A stretch of 64,000 bases of DNA, taken from the NCBI GenBank assembly GCA_048882045.1, contig JBHLRZ010000017.1:10346-74345 (forward strand). The letters are read 5' to 3'. Both the position numbers and the translations under genes were made by a program. Every line of letters starts with the position of its first letter. Position 1 is the first letter of the stretch. The notes under the pieces are model-generated. The model saw only the letters and a list, made by a program, of their open reading frames with translations, was not told where the DNA came from and did no database searches. This DNA is from Candidatus Thorarchaeota archaeon (GTDB lineage Archaea > Asgardarchaeota > Thorarchaeia > Thorarchaeales > Thorarchaeaceae). This document shows, piece after piece, positions 38,096 to 47,620 of the stretch.

Positions 38096-38665
38096 GTGTC
38101 AATTACATTCAAAGAAATTCCACCAGATGATGCACTTGAAGAACTCTACAATACGATGAAGTCTCTCGTGGTGGTAGAGGTGGCTCAATACAAGATCGAG
38201 TCAGATACACCACTTGTTGACTACTCCTTTCATGAAGAATCTAAATTCCGAGAGTTCTTTGATTCTTTCTCATCATATGCAAGTCCCCTCTGGTCCTCAA
38301 GGATTAGTATGCCTTGGGACTTTAGCAAAGTCCCCTTTCGAAAATCCTCCACAAAGTTAGATGGAGTCTACAAGATTCTTCGGACTGGTGGAGCCCATTC
38401 TGAAACCCCCCACAAAGATGATGCATTAACAATTGAAGAAACTCTGAGAGTAGCCTTCCAAAAAGGAGCACCAACTCTGCTCATTTTTGCGGTTGCTCAT
38501 TATAAACTGTCGAGCGAAAACAGTGACTCGGGGTTTGTTGTGTCTCTCGGAAATCTTGGAGAGATATCTCCATTCTTCGAACAGCTTGGATGGGATGATC
38601 TCATGTTTGTCATCAATCCAAAGTACAAGACACTCTATGTCATTGCTTGTACCGACACAGATTGA
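38096..38665 (+). CDS. Hypothetical protein
   Basis: ORF 38045..38665 with likely start GTG 38096 (GAGG upstream); ends WDDLMFVI...IACTDTD. Confidence 0.7.
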   Translation: MSITFKEIPPDDALEELYNTMKSLVVVEVAQYKIESDTPLVDYSFHEESKFREFFDSFSSYASPLWSSRISMPWDFSKVPFRKSSTKLDGVYKILRTGGAHSETPHKDDALTIEETLRVAFQKGAPTLLIFAVAHYKLSSENSDSGFVVSLGNLGEISPFFEQLGWDDLMFVINPKYKTLYVIACTDTD

Positions 38666-38886
38666 ACTGATTCCTATATTCGATTTCTGGGTATATGGGG
38701 GCCATTTTTCCGTGCATTTTTCCAGATTTTTTGTGATTCAGAAATTGGGTATGAGTTCTGTGTGTTAATTCTGATTGGTTCTTGAATACCCCTTGAAATG
38801 AGGGTTAACAAGTTAACCTTGTGATACCACTCCAACAGAGTGAAATACTTGAAAAAGTAGCGACCGTCAGACCTGGAGGCGACACA

Positions 38887-39483
38887 TTGGAAGACAACGA
38901 ACGCTTTTCCAAACAGATTGAATTCATTGTTGAGGTTGACAAGCTCAAGCATGTAGAGAGACAGTCAGCTCTGTGTGATGGTACCCGTCAGGAGAATGAC
39001 ACTGAACATTCATGGCATATCGCCTTGATGTCGATGCTTCTTTTGGAGTATGCAAATGAGAAGGTAGACCAAGTAAAGGTCATGAAGATGCTGTTGATTC
39101 ATGACCTTGTCGAGATCTATGCAGGGGATACTTTTGCATATGATATCGTTGGGAATTCCTCAAAAGAGAAGAGAGAACGAGAAGCTGCAAACAAAATCTT
39201 TCTTCTACTTCCTCAAGATCAGGCTGAAGAGATGTTGGCGCTCTGGAATGAGTTCGAGTCGTTGTCTACTCCTGAAGCTCGATTCGCTTCGGCCTTGGAC
39301 AAGTTGCAGCCACTAATTCTGAGCGTTAACAACAAGGGATGGTCGTGGAAAAAACATGGTATTGTTAGCAGCCAAATCTATGAGAACAAAAAGGAAATGG
39401 CCAAGGGATCTGAAGATCTCTGGGAGTATGCAAAGAAACTCATCCAGGAATCGATCGATGCTGGCTTTCTTGTAGAAGGGTAA
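38887..39483 (+). CDS. HD domain phosphohydrolase (YfbR/HDDC2-like)
   Basis: DKLK-x2-R, END-x-EHSWH, IHDLVEIYAGD, EARFA-x-ALDKLQP; GGAGG before TTG 38887. Confidence 0.92.
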   Translation: MEDNERFSKQIEFIVEVDKLKHVERQSALCDGTRQENDTEHSWHIALMSMLLLEYANEKVDQVKVMKMLLIHDLVEIYAGDTFAYDIVGNSSKEKREREAANKIFLLLPQDQAEEMLALWNEFESLSTPEARFASALDKLQPLILSVNNKGWSWKKHGIVSSQIYENKKEMAKGSEDLWEYAKKLIQESIDAGFLVEG

Positions 39484-39538
39484 TACCAAAGAAAATCAAG
39501 AGAGGTAGAATGATTCCACCTCTCATTTCATTCGATAT

Positions 39539-41746
39539 TCATTTTGTAGGAGTCCTTCTCCGTCCCATCGCACACACTAATGCTACGACAGCAATGGTGA
39601 CCCCGACTCCCGCTACAAATGGAAGTGCGCTATCAAAAATGCCTGGTGTAACTTGTCCACCGGTCGTTGTTGTTTGCGTTGTCGCGGCTGGGCGATCTCC
39701 TACAGTCACAGTAAACTCTCCCTGCAGAATATTCCCATTGACATCTGTTACTGAAACAGTCACTGCATGTAATCCGGGTGCGAGTGTGATTAGATTTCGA
39801 ACCCTTCCTTCGCTGTCAACTGAAAATTCTGTATTGTCAACTGACCATGATGCTAGTCCGGCTAAATCTGAGGCATCAAGATCATAGACAAAATCTTCAC
39901 CATAGTCAATAGACTGGTCCTGCAAAGCTGTGTCCCATGTTGGAGCTGTTGTGTCTTGGACAATAATCTGCAAACTATCAAACAGTGCATTGTGATACAT
40001 ATCATTGACTTGTATTTCCAGATTGTATTCCCCAACTGGTGGTGTTCCAACATTTGTGATTTGGCCGTTGCCAATATCGATTGTGAAGTAGGATGACCCA
40101 GTGAGAAACCAGTCATCCAATAATGACAGGTCATATGCATTTGGTCTATACTGGAATTGGTCACCAAACTCCAAGAAGTGCTCTGCAGTGTAATCCGACC
40201 ATGAAGGTGCAGTAGTATCATCGACATAGATCCAGAAGATGTATTCTGTTTCGTGTCCTGCTGTGTTGTTCACATGGACCCATATCTCATACATTCCAAC
40301 GTTTGGTGGTGCTATTCGATAAACCGTCCCTTCATTATCTCCGATTTTTGCTACATCAAAGACAGAGGTGTCTTCGAGCCACCACATATGAATTGGCGCT
40401 GTAGATTCCGCCCATAGAGAAACTCCTACGGATTCTCCAAACTCAATAAACTGGTCCAAAGGAGAACTAATCAACCGTGGCTCACCTGGGACAAGGAACA
40501 TCCATCCGTCAAAATCGCCTGAGCCGTAGGTTCTACTAGTTCCCCCGACTACATACTCTTCAGGATAGACTTCCACAAGCTCATATCCGTAATCAACATC
40601 AGAACCACCATACCAATGACTCCAGACTTCGGTATTATTTGGTTGAATACGAGTTATTCTGGTTTGAGGATTTAATCCAATATAATCGGAAATTCCGACA
40701 ATTGTAAATCCGCCTCGAGATGCTTCTATGATTCCTGTAGCAAAGTCCTCTCCTGAACCTACGTAGTATTGGTCCCAGACAAGACTACCATCTGAATCAG
40801 ATCTTACGACATAGAGGTCTCCTTGCGCGTCTCCGAAGCTACGTGTTTGACCAGCCATCACAAACCCACCTGGATAGTACTCTATAATATCATACCCGCT
40901 GTCGCTTAATCCTCCGCCAAACGTGCTGTTCCACAATGAGTTTCCATTTTCGTCAATTCTCACTAGCCAGAAATCAGAACTGCCAGCACCATAGCTAAAG
41001 GTATTTGCTAGGAAAGCGTATCCTCCTTCTCTACTTTCAACAATAGACCTTCCAAGATCATTATTCCCTCCTCCATATGTTCGTGTCCATACGGGGGAAC
41101 CAATGGGACTAAGCGATACCACAACCACATCATCAAAACCAGCACCCCAAGATTCGGTCGTGCCTATAGCAATGATTGCCCCGTTACTTGATTCAATTAC
41201 TTCAGTAAAACTGTCCGCTAAAGCATCAGTCCCAAGTTCATATGTCCAAAGCAACTCTCCATCGATGCCGCTGATACGAGTCACAAATCCATTTATGCCT
41301 CCAATTGTTTCGAAATATCCTGCAATGACAAAGTCACCATTCTCACATTGATAGATTGAATTTCCTTGGTCATTGGAACTATTATAGCCCAAATTCTGAG
41401 TCCACTCAACATCACCGGTGTCATCTGTACGGATAACCCATGTATCTCTGTCCGTAGAGTCGAAGCTATTAGTATATCCAACTAATGCATATCCACCATC
41501 ATCACAAAGAACAAGATCGTAGAGGCGATCACTATCAAAACCACCATACGTTCTATTCCAAAGAGATGAATGGTCAATATCACTCAAACTGTAACTTTGC
41601 TTGATTTTATTTAATGAATAACCATCCAAATTGATGACACTTGTAAGAGGTGTTATTGCAGAGAATCCTATTATCCATACAAGACACAGCATAACAAGAA
41701 TCCTACATCCCTTTTTTCTAAAACTGCCTTGAAACATGCATCTCAC
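39539..41746 (-). CDS. Cell-surface protein: beta-propeller repeats, Ig/cadherin-like repeats and TM anchor
   Basis: W-x-RTYGG...D-G-SI...GG(Y/F) repeats, DTTAP-x-W domains, Thr-rich linker, TM followed by RRR. Confidence 0.82.
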   Translation of the reverse strand: MRCMFQGSFRKKGCRILVMLCLVWIIGFSAITPLTSVINLDGYSLNKIKQSYSLSDIDHSSLWNRTYGGFDSDRLYDLVLCDDGGYALVGYTNSFDSTDRDTWVIRTDDTGDVEWTQNLGYNSSNDQGNSIYQCENGDFVIAGYFETIGGINGFVTRISGIDGELLWTYELGTDALADSFTEVIESSNGAIIAIGTTESWGAGFDDVVVVSLSPIGSPVWTRTYGGGNNDLGRSIVESREGGYAFLANTFSYGAGSSDFWLVRIDENGNSLWNSTFGGGLSDSGYDIIEYYPGGFVMAGQTRSFGDAQGDLYVVRSDSDGSLVWDQYYVGSGEDFATGIIEASRGGFTIVGISDYIGLNPQTRITRIQPNNTEVWSHWYGGSDVDYGYELVEVYPEEYVVGGTSRTYGSGDFDGWMFLVPGEPRLISSPLDQFIEFGESVGVSLWAESTAPIHMWWLEDTSVFDVAKIGDNEGTVYRIAPPNVGMYEIWVHVNNTAGHETEYIFWIYVDDTTAPSWSDYTAEHFLEFGDQFQYRPNAYDLSLLDDWFLTGSSYFTIDIGNGQITNVGTPPVGEYNLEIQVNDMYHNALFDSLQIIVQDTTAPTWDTALQDQSIDYGEDFVYDLDASDLAGLASWSVDNTEFSVDSEGRVRNLITLAPGLHAVTVSVTDVNGNILQGEFTVTVGDRPAATTQTTTTGGQVTPGIFDSALPFVAGVGVTIAVVALVCAMGRRRTPTK

Positions 41747-41929
41747 TTCCCACGTGATTCGAACACCGGCTTCTGTTGCAAATCACTCGAAGGCGTTGAA
41801 GCTATCTTTGGTTTCCTCTGACCACGCTACAAAACCCAGATTATGCGCATCAGAAAAGCTTTGTGATTAATTTGAAAGAGATGTTTACTTCAATATTAAA
41901 AACTAACAAACGGCAATCTACCAGAGTTT

Positions 41930-42409
41930 CTATTCTCCAAGATCAGTCTTTATCACTTTGATACCCAACTCGAAAAAGGCTGGTTCGATTGCAGATTCAA
42001 TCTGTGATGATAGCTCATCCGAATCTGTGAATCGCAAATCACTGGTCATTGACTCAGTAGCGTACATAATACTCTGCTGAATAGTTCTATCTGGAGTGCC
42101 TTGGTGGACCTTCATACCTTGTACATGCTTTTCAACATCTATGACTTGCCATTGGATATGTCCTTTCAGCTCTCCTGTGTCGAATTCTGTTGTTTGCACT
42201 TGAAGGGAAATCCTCATTGCTATCTTATCGATAATCGGTATTGTCCAAATCAATCCTGGTCCTTTTACACCCTTGTAGATACCAAGACGTAGAATGACAG
42301 CTCTCTCATATTCCTTCACTACTTTTATTCCAGATAGAATGAAAGCAAACGTGAACAATGTAATAGTCCCAATCAGAACTATGAAGAAATAGAATTCCAA
42401 AGTTTGCAT
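41930..42409 (-). CDS. Short SPFH/stomatin (Band 7) domain protein
   Basis: TM, then IKVVKEYERAVILRLG-x5-GPGL-x3-IPIID; ends at LGIKVIKTDL with no coiled-coil tail. Confidence 0.8.
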   Translation of the reverse strand: MQTLEFYFFIVLIGTITLFTFAFILSGIKVVKEYERAVILRLGIYKGVKGPGLIWTIPIIDKIAMRISLQVQTTEFDTGELKGHIQWQVIDVEKHVQGMKVHQGTPDRTIQQSIMYATESMTSDLRFTDSDELSSQIESAIEPAFFELGIKVIKTDLGE

Positions 42410-42499
42410 AGCGGACCCTATGATAGTCACTTTTATCCCCCAAAAAAGATTGTGTTGAAATCGTAGGAGTTTATCTGACACACAATAGTACAGACTAGC

Positions 42500-43030
42500 A
42501 TGACGCGGAGCTCCCAGACTAAGTTGTCCGACTTTGATGATATCGAAGAAAGGTCACGCGAACCTTCTCACACAGTTGTGACTGAGTTCGGTAAACCGAA
42601 GGAACGAAAGCCAAAGAGAAAGCTCTGGCGAAAGACGACCAAGAAAGACGAGGAATGGGGAGTCTGCAACTTCGATGAGACCGTTCTCCTTGTCCAGATC
42701 ATTGACGGCAGACTCCATGCTCATGGAAGGGAGGCTGTCTGCAAGTGGTGTGATGGTGTATTGGAGATACGTGAAAAGGTAAAGGTGTTCTGCTCAGGCG
42801 AGTGTGGCAGATATCAGGGTGAGTTCTCGTCAGACCTCAATGACTATCTGCGATGGGAAGGTGTCAAGTCATACACACTCCGGAAGATTGTCGCCGAAGC
42901 AGAGGCGCTCGAGTTGGAAGCGAGAGACCTCCAGCCTATCCAGTATGCGCCAAACTGGTCAGTCCTCTTTGAGTATGAAGACGACAGGTATGAGGATGAT
43001 TCTGAATTTTGTGACATCTCGAAAGAATAA
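42500..43030 (+). CDS. Hypothetical protein with zinc-ribbon motif
   Basis: CKWC-x13-CSGEC. Confidence 0.7.
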   Translation: MTRSSQTKLSDFDDIEERSREPSHTVVTEFGKPKERKPKRKLWRKTTKKDEEWGVCNFDETVLLVQIIDGRLHAHGREAVCKWCDGVLEIREKVKVFCSGECGRYQGEFSSDLNDYLRWEGVKSYTLRKIVAEAEALELEARDLQPIQYAPNWSVLFEYEDDRYEDDSEFCDISKE

Positions 43031-43073
43031 TTAATGGTTCCGCACATCTTTCTGAAATCATTGGTGACTAATT

Positions 43074-43436
43074 ATGACAGAAATTCCAATGGCTGAAGCA
43101 GGCCCGTCACGAGGAGCCACGGCACCTGAGGTACGAAATGCTGGTCTTCTTCTACTATTAGCGTCCATCACTGGCTTGGTTGTTGGTGGTCTCGAGTATG
43201 CTATTTGGGAGGAGGACCTTGCACTACTAGGTGTTATTCTCGCGATAATCGGGTTCTGTCTTTATACTCAAGTAATCAAGGCTGACTATTCTGCCTGGAT
43301 GATGACTGTGATATTCAATATCATCGCCATCTTTCTTTACGCCACCGGTTCCAATTGGGGTGGAGTAGCCTTAAGCCTAATCTGTGTGATTTACTACAAT
43401 ATGCCAAACGTGAAAGTTCACTTTGAGCAAAGATGA
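43074..43436 (+). CDS. Small four-TM membrane protein
   Basis: GGTGA RBS, four hydrophobic segments, C-terminal YY-x2-P-x-VK-x2-F. Confidence 0.75.
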   Translation: MTEIPMAEAGPSRGATAPEVRNAGLLLLLASITGLVVGGLEYAIWEEDLALLGVILAIIGFCLYTQVIKADYSAWMMTVIFNIIAIFLYATGSNWGGVALSLICVIYYNMPNVKVHFEQR

Positions 43437-43439
43437 TCT

Positions 43440-43474
43440 AAGGCTGGCAAAACCAGCCTTTCTTCTCTTTTTTT
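43440..43474 (+). terminator. Hairpin plus T-tract terminator
   Basis: AAGGCTGG-CAAAA-CCAGCCTT followed by TCTTCTCTTTTTTT. Confidence 0.6.
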
Positions 43475-44350
43475 CTAAAGATTCTTTTCAAAGAGGAGGA
43501 ACCGTCTACCAGTGAACTCCTCAGAAACATATCCTAAGTCCAGAGCCCATTCGCTAGTGTTTGGTCCTAAGAAAAAGACAGCTCTGTCCACACCCGCTGC
43601 TTCTGATTCATCAATCATTCTCGACACAATGTCCACGAAGACCGACCGATCTGTAGCAAAGACAGTATATGCTGATGTCTTCTCTTCCTGTCTTTCTCGT
43701 TCAGTGACACAATACAGTGCCTTAGGAATCCCAGCTTCATCGATGACTACTCTGTTGATGGCTCGCGAAATGAGTCTAGTCAGTCCATCAAGGGTCTTGT
43801 AGTCGAAATGCCACGCAAGTGGGAACTTGTCTCCCGGCACTAGGTCCGGATTTATTTCTAGGAGTTCGAACATTCTTTCAGGACTTACCTGAACAGGAAC
43901 GATGTTGTTACTTGGTTTCGAGTGAGGAGGAAAGGGGCTGTATAGTCTGAAGTATCCAGTACTGCTTACTTCCTGAAACCCGGTTTTCTCAGCTACGGTT
44001 ATTGATGCAGTGTTTCTGGAACTGGTTGAATACCAGAGAGTCGTGATTCCTTGCTCACGTGCAAGTTCACTGAGTGCCAAGGTAACTGATGTAGCATGCC
44101 CCTTCTGTCTGTGAGTATCTTTTACTCTGAGACCCTGTACCCACGCAATCGTCGTACCCTCAGTCTTCTCGACGTTTCCAATTGCTACGAGCTCATCATT
44201 ATCAAAGAGTCCTAGGGTATGCGAATCGGGAGACGACACCCACCTAGGAAATACTGCAGGAACATAGTCATTTCCTTCCCAGATTGTTTCACAGAGTATG
44301 TTGACTTGTTTTTGGTCTTCAAGCGTTAGCTCCCGAAGGTTACCTGACAT
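43475..44350 (-). CDS. GNAT family acetyltransferase
   Basis: IWEGNDYVP, WVQGLRV-x4-RQKGHA, N-x-AS-x6-GF. Confidence 0.88.
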   Translation of the reverse strand: MSGNLRELTLEDQKQVNILCETIWEGNDYVPAVFPRWVSSPDSHTLGLFDNDELVAIGNVEKTEGTTIAWVQGLRVKDTHRQKGHATSVTLALSELAREQGITTLWYSTSSRNTASITVAEKTGFQEVSSTGYFRLYSPFPPHSKPSNNIVPVQVSPERMFELLEINPDLVPGDKFPLAWHFDYKTLDGLTRLISRAINRVVIDEAGIPKALYCVTERERQEEKTSAYTVFATDRSVFVDIVSRMIDESEAAGVDRAVFFLGPNTSEWALDLGYVSEEFTGRRFLLFEKNL

Positions 44351-44401
44351 GAAGTTCCGGGCGATATTGATACCTTATGAATAGTATGAATTGGATTTGG
44401 T

Positions 44402-44881
44402 TCACCAAGAGTATGTTTTTACAAAACGTCCGCAATTTTGGCACTCGGTTTCTCCTTCTTCGTTTCTCCTCAATACCCTGTTCACATATTGTGCACCACA
44501 GTAGGGGCAGATGAACAATCCAATTGGACTTTCTTTTGCGTCACTTGTTAATGCCACAAGATCTTTCTCCGTCACATCCAATAGAATGTTGCGTATTCTC
44601 TCCTCATACGTTGGGATAATGACACCACCTGAAAATGCACTGACCTCGATGCTTGCTAGTCCGGTTTCTCTCTCATATGAAACGAGTAAGGCTAGCAAAA
44701 TGAGATTCATGTTATAGAGGTAGATTCCAAAGACAGATGATTGACATTCGTAGTGTTTTCGTAAAATGAGATTCATACTTGACTCTAACAAGTTTCTCTC
44801 CCTTTCCCATAGGGATGGTAGGACATCAATGAATGCATAAAGTTCCTCTTCCTTTATCCCCACCAATTGAGCAGTTCTCAT
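44402..44881 (-). CDS. Hypothetical protein with C-terminal zinc ribbon (paralog 2)
   Basis: FICPYCGAQY...ECQNCGR. Confidence 0.75.
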   Translation of the reverse strand: MRTAQLVGIKEEELYAFIDVLPSLWERERNLLESSMNLILRKHYECQSSVFGIYLYNMNLILLALLVSYERETGLASIEVSAFSGGVIIPTYEERIRNILLDVTEKDLVALTSDAKESPIGLFICPYCGAQYVNRVLRRNEEGETECQNCGRFVKTYSW

Positions 44882-44981
44882 TATGCAACACGTTCAGGGT
44901 ATGTTTCGTTCGAATGTTTATCTACTCTTGCTATATATTTCAAATATTGGGCTCATATTTTTCACGAGCTGGATCTGCTCC

Positions 44982-45518
44982 CTAGGGATTAGATGAATCT
45001 CTCCTAGGTGCCATATCCAACTCCATCGGGTCAAATAGTCTTCCACAATTTTGGCACTCGATCCGACCATCAGCTGATACATGGAGTACCCTCATTCTAT
45101 ATTGTGCTCCACATATCGGACACAGGAATAAACGATCATCTTCCAGATGTCGTACAGAAACAGCGAATTCTTTCAACTGTTCATATGTGAGATTCTCCAA
45201 CATAGACTTAATTTTCTCTTCTCCCTTTTCATCATCACATGGGGCGAAAATTCCCACAACTTGTTTTACATTGATTGTAAAGGTGGCTGTTCTTGACTCT
45301 CTCATATACTCCGACAATATTATGACCACTCTGGTTGCATTTCCATGATAAAATACGTTAACTCCAAAGAGAAGGTCCTCGGACTCACCAAATTTATTGA
45401 AGATTGAAAAGAAACCTGCATCAAAGATACTACTGTCCTTTTGCCATATCTTCGGAAAGAAGTAAAGTATACCTTTCACTTCATCCTCATCAACATCACA
45501 AAGTGCTATTGTTTCCAA
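44982..45518 (-). CDS. Hypothetical protein with C-terminal zinc ribbon (paralog 1)
   Basis: FLCPICGAQY...ECQNCGR; shares P-x2-W, FG(V/I) and Y-x-RE motifs with its neighbour. Confidence 0.75.
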   Translation of the reverse strand: METIALCDVDEDEVKGILYFFPKIWQKDSSIFDAGFFSIFNKFGESEDLLFGVNVFYHGNATRVVIILSEYMRESRTATFTINVKQVVGIFAPCDDEKGEEKIKSMLENLTYEQLKEFAVSVRHLEDDRLFLCPICGAQYRMRVLHVSADGRIECQNCGRLFDPMELDMAPRRDSSNP

Positions 45519-45595
45519 TTAGTTCCATACCACCTTCACCTCATATACGTCGTGTAAGAATATAGTGCTAACGGTGAGAACAACTAGTTTCTCAA

Positions 45596-46432
45596 TTACA
45601 ACAGGTTCTGAAGGATAAGGCAGTAGTGATGATGTACATTGGAAACGTATGTTGTTGGATATCCCCAACAACCCAGCTTCTTGTTGTCTTGACACCAGAT
45701 CATCTCCTGGCATAGGTGATACTCATCAGCTAGTCTCTTAGCCAAGTCCCAAGCTAATGTCTTCAACGAACCGTCAACATCTCTCATATTTTGGACAACA
45801 ACTACGAGATATGCTCTGTCGGACAAAAGAGGACGAAGACCACCGATTATTCGACCAATCGATTCAATATAGGCTGGATAATCAGTGATGTTTCCTATGT
45901 CATTGGCTTTATCACTGTAAGCCAATCTGAGGCCTTTTTCTGCACGCTCTTTGTGAACAGAATCATTACCTCCTCTAGATTTGCGAAGCATGTCCCAATA
46001 TGGAGGAGAGGTCATAACGAAGTCAAAACTTGGTGGGTTGAATTCAAAGTGGTTGTTAAGTATCTCCACTATCTTCCTGGAATCTCCCTGAAGAAGATGG
46101 TACTCGCTACCTCCATCTCCTTCATACAAAGCTGTTTCTCCAATATCAACAAATTCGCTTGACAACTCGACTCCGACTGAATTTCGTCCCATCTCTTTAC
46201 TCGCGATGAGTGTACTTCCCACACCAGCAAAGGGATCAAGAATCCAACTTCCGACTTTCGTGAAGAACTTTAAGAACCGCTTGACCAGTTCCTCTGGAAA
46301 TTTCGCTGGGTGCTGAATCTGTGATGAAGTCCTTGACTTTGGATTGATCACAAACCACGACTTAGTCGCTTTGACCCATGACTTGCCATCAAGATTGTTG
46401 AGTCGTTTTTCCGAACTTGTCAAACTAACCAC
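45596..46432 (-). CDS. Orphan N4-C/N6-A DNA methyltransferase family protein (permuted motif order)
   Basis: HPAKFP, LDPFAGVGST (motif I), then TSPPY (motif IV). Confidence 0.85.
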   Translation of the reverse strand: MVSLTSSEKRLNNLDGKSWVKATKSWFVINPKSRTSSQIQHPAKFPEELVKRFLKFFTKVGSWILDPFAGVGSTLIASKEMGRNSVGVELSSEFVDIGETALYEGDGGSEYHLLQGDSRKIVEILNNHFEFNPPSFDFVMTSPPYWDMLRKSRGGNDSVHKERAEKGLRLAYSDKANDIGNITDYPAYIESIGRIIGGLRPLLSDRAYLVVVVQNMRDVDGSLKTLAWDLAKRLADEYHLCQEMIWCQDNKKLGCWGYPTTYVSNVHHHYCLILQNLL

Positions 46433-46434
46433 CA

Positions 46435-46478
46435 GACGCGGGTAATATGGCTTGACTAGTCATAAGTCTACCCGCATC
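46435..46478. promoter_or_regulatory. Nested inverted repeat in the divergent methylase/pstS promoter region
   Basis: GACGCGGGTA...TACCCGCATC (9/10 match) flanking the palindrome TGACTAGTCA. Confidence 0.35.
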
Positions 46479-46542
46479 GATACGATTACCTTATTTTGTG
46501 GGTGTGTCCAAGCTTCAATAGCAGATTTAGAGGAACTTCAGG

Positions 46543-47604
46543 ATGAAGTCAATCTGGAAACATAAAAGCAGTCTATTCGCGGGATTACTAATTGGCATCC
46601 TCTTAGGAGCAGGAGGTCTCATTTTTATCAGTCCTCCACCAGGAGGCGGCACCGAAGGTACAATTACCACAGCAGGTTCCTCAACAGTCTATCCTCTCTC
46701 ACAAATCTGGGCAACTGAATTCCATGCTGTATTTCCAGGTCTCACTGTTAATCCAAGTACGGGTGGTTCGGGTTTAGGTCAGTCTCAAGTGGGTCAAGGA
46801 CTGATTGACATCGGAGCATCAAGTTCTTTCCCACCACAGAATTACATAGATGCCAATCCGCAGGTTGAAATACTTCCAGTATCAGCTGATGCACTTGGAG
46901 TGGTATCCAATCAAGCAGTGAATGGTTCAACTTTGAAGCTGGATTGCGATATGGTTGTTGCTATCTTTCAGAGGAATATTACAACCTGGGATGATTTCGA
47001 AACAATCTTTGGTGTGGCCATTCAACAAACAGGACCTATCAATGTCTTTGTCAGATCTGACGCAAGTGGTACTACAGCAACTTTCGCAAAGTGGCTTGAA
47101 ACAGCTGAGGAGAATACCAATGCTAACGGTGCAGAATACGAATGGATCCTGGGACACGAGGAAGCACTCTCTTTCCCAGCAGGTGTGAATTCTGTTGATG
47201 GCAATCCTGGAGTCGCTTCTGGAGTTGAAGGAGATCAATCTTCTATTGGATATGTAGGTTTGGCTTTTCTCGGGGACCTTGTGGCTGCAGACCTGTACAA
47301 TCCCGGAAATGAAGAGTGGATTTCACCATCAATAACAAATGCAATCAAAGCCATTCCAACTAATCTTACAGCTCCTAGTGATGCTATCATGAACTCCAAT
47401 TTTGAAGGAGCCTACCCCATTGCCCGATTGCTGTTCTATTTGATCAATCGGGACAACCTCAGTGCAAATACAATAACATTCGTAACTTGGTGTCTGGTTC
47501 AAGGTCAGAGATTTGTTAGTACTGTTGGATACGTTCCGATCAATGGGACTTCAGCTCAGAGTTACTCTCTAGCAATAATGAGTTCATTAGCACCATCCTC
47601 ATAG
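46543..47604 (+). CDS. pstS: Phosphate ABC transporter substrate-binding protein
   Basis: AGSSTVYP, GGSG-x-G, DIGASS, RSDASGTT, YPIAR; first gene of the pst operon. Confidence 0.93.
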   Translation: MKSIWKHKSSLFAGLLIGILLGAGGLIFISPPPGGGTEGTITTAGSSTVYPLSQIWATEFHAVFPGLTVNPSTGGSGLGQSQVGQGLIDIGASSSFPPQNYIDANPQVEILPVSADALGVVSNQAVNGSTLKLDCDMVVAIFQRNITTWDDFETIFGVAIQQTGPINVFVRSDASGTTATFAKWLETAEENTNANGAEYEWILGHEEALSFPAGVNSVDGNPGVASGVEGDQSSIGYVGLAFLGDLVAADLYNPGNEEWISPSITNAIKAIPTNLTAPSDAIMNSNFEGAYPIARLLFYLINRDNLSANTITFVTWCLVQGQRFVSTVGYVPINGTSAQSYSLAIMSSLAPSS

Positions 47605-47620
47605 TAGGGAGACGGATTGG

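Noticed and set aside
41745-41840. GTTCGAATC T-loop-like motif on the minus strand suggesting a tRNA
   Set aside because: The T-stem has only 3 bp and no acceptor, D or anticodon arm can be built. It folds better as a leader hairpin (GTGATTTG/CGAATCAC) of the surface-protein gene.
45596-46432. Restriction-modification system
   Set aside because: No recognisable endonuclease (PD-(D/E)xK, HNH or GIY-YIG) is adjacent.
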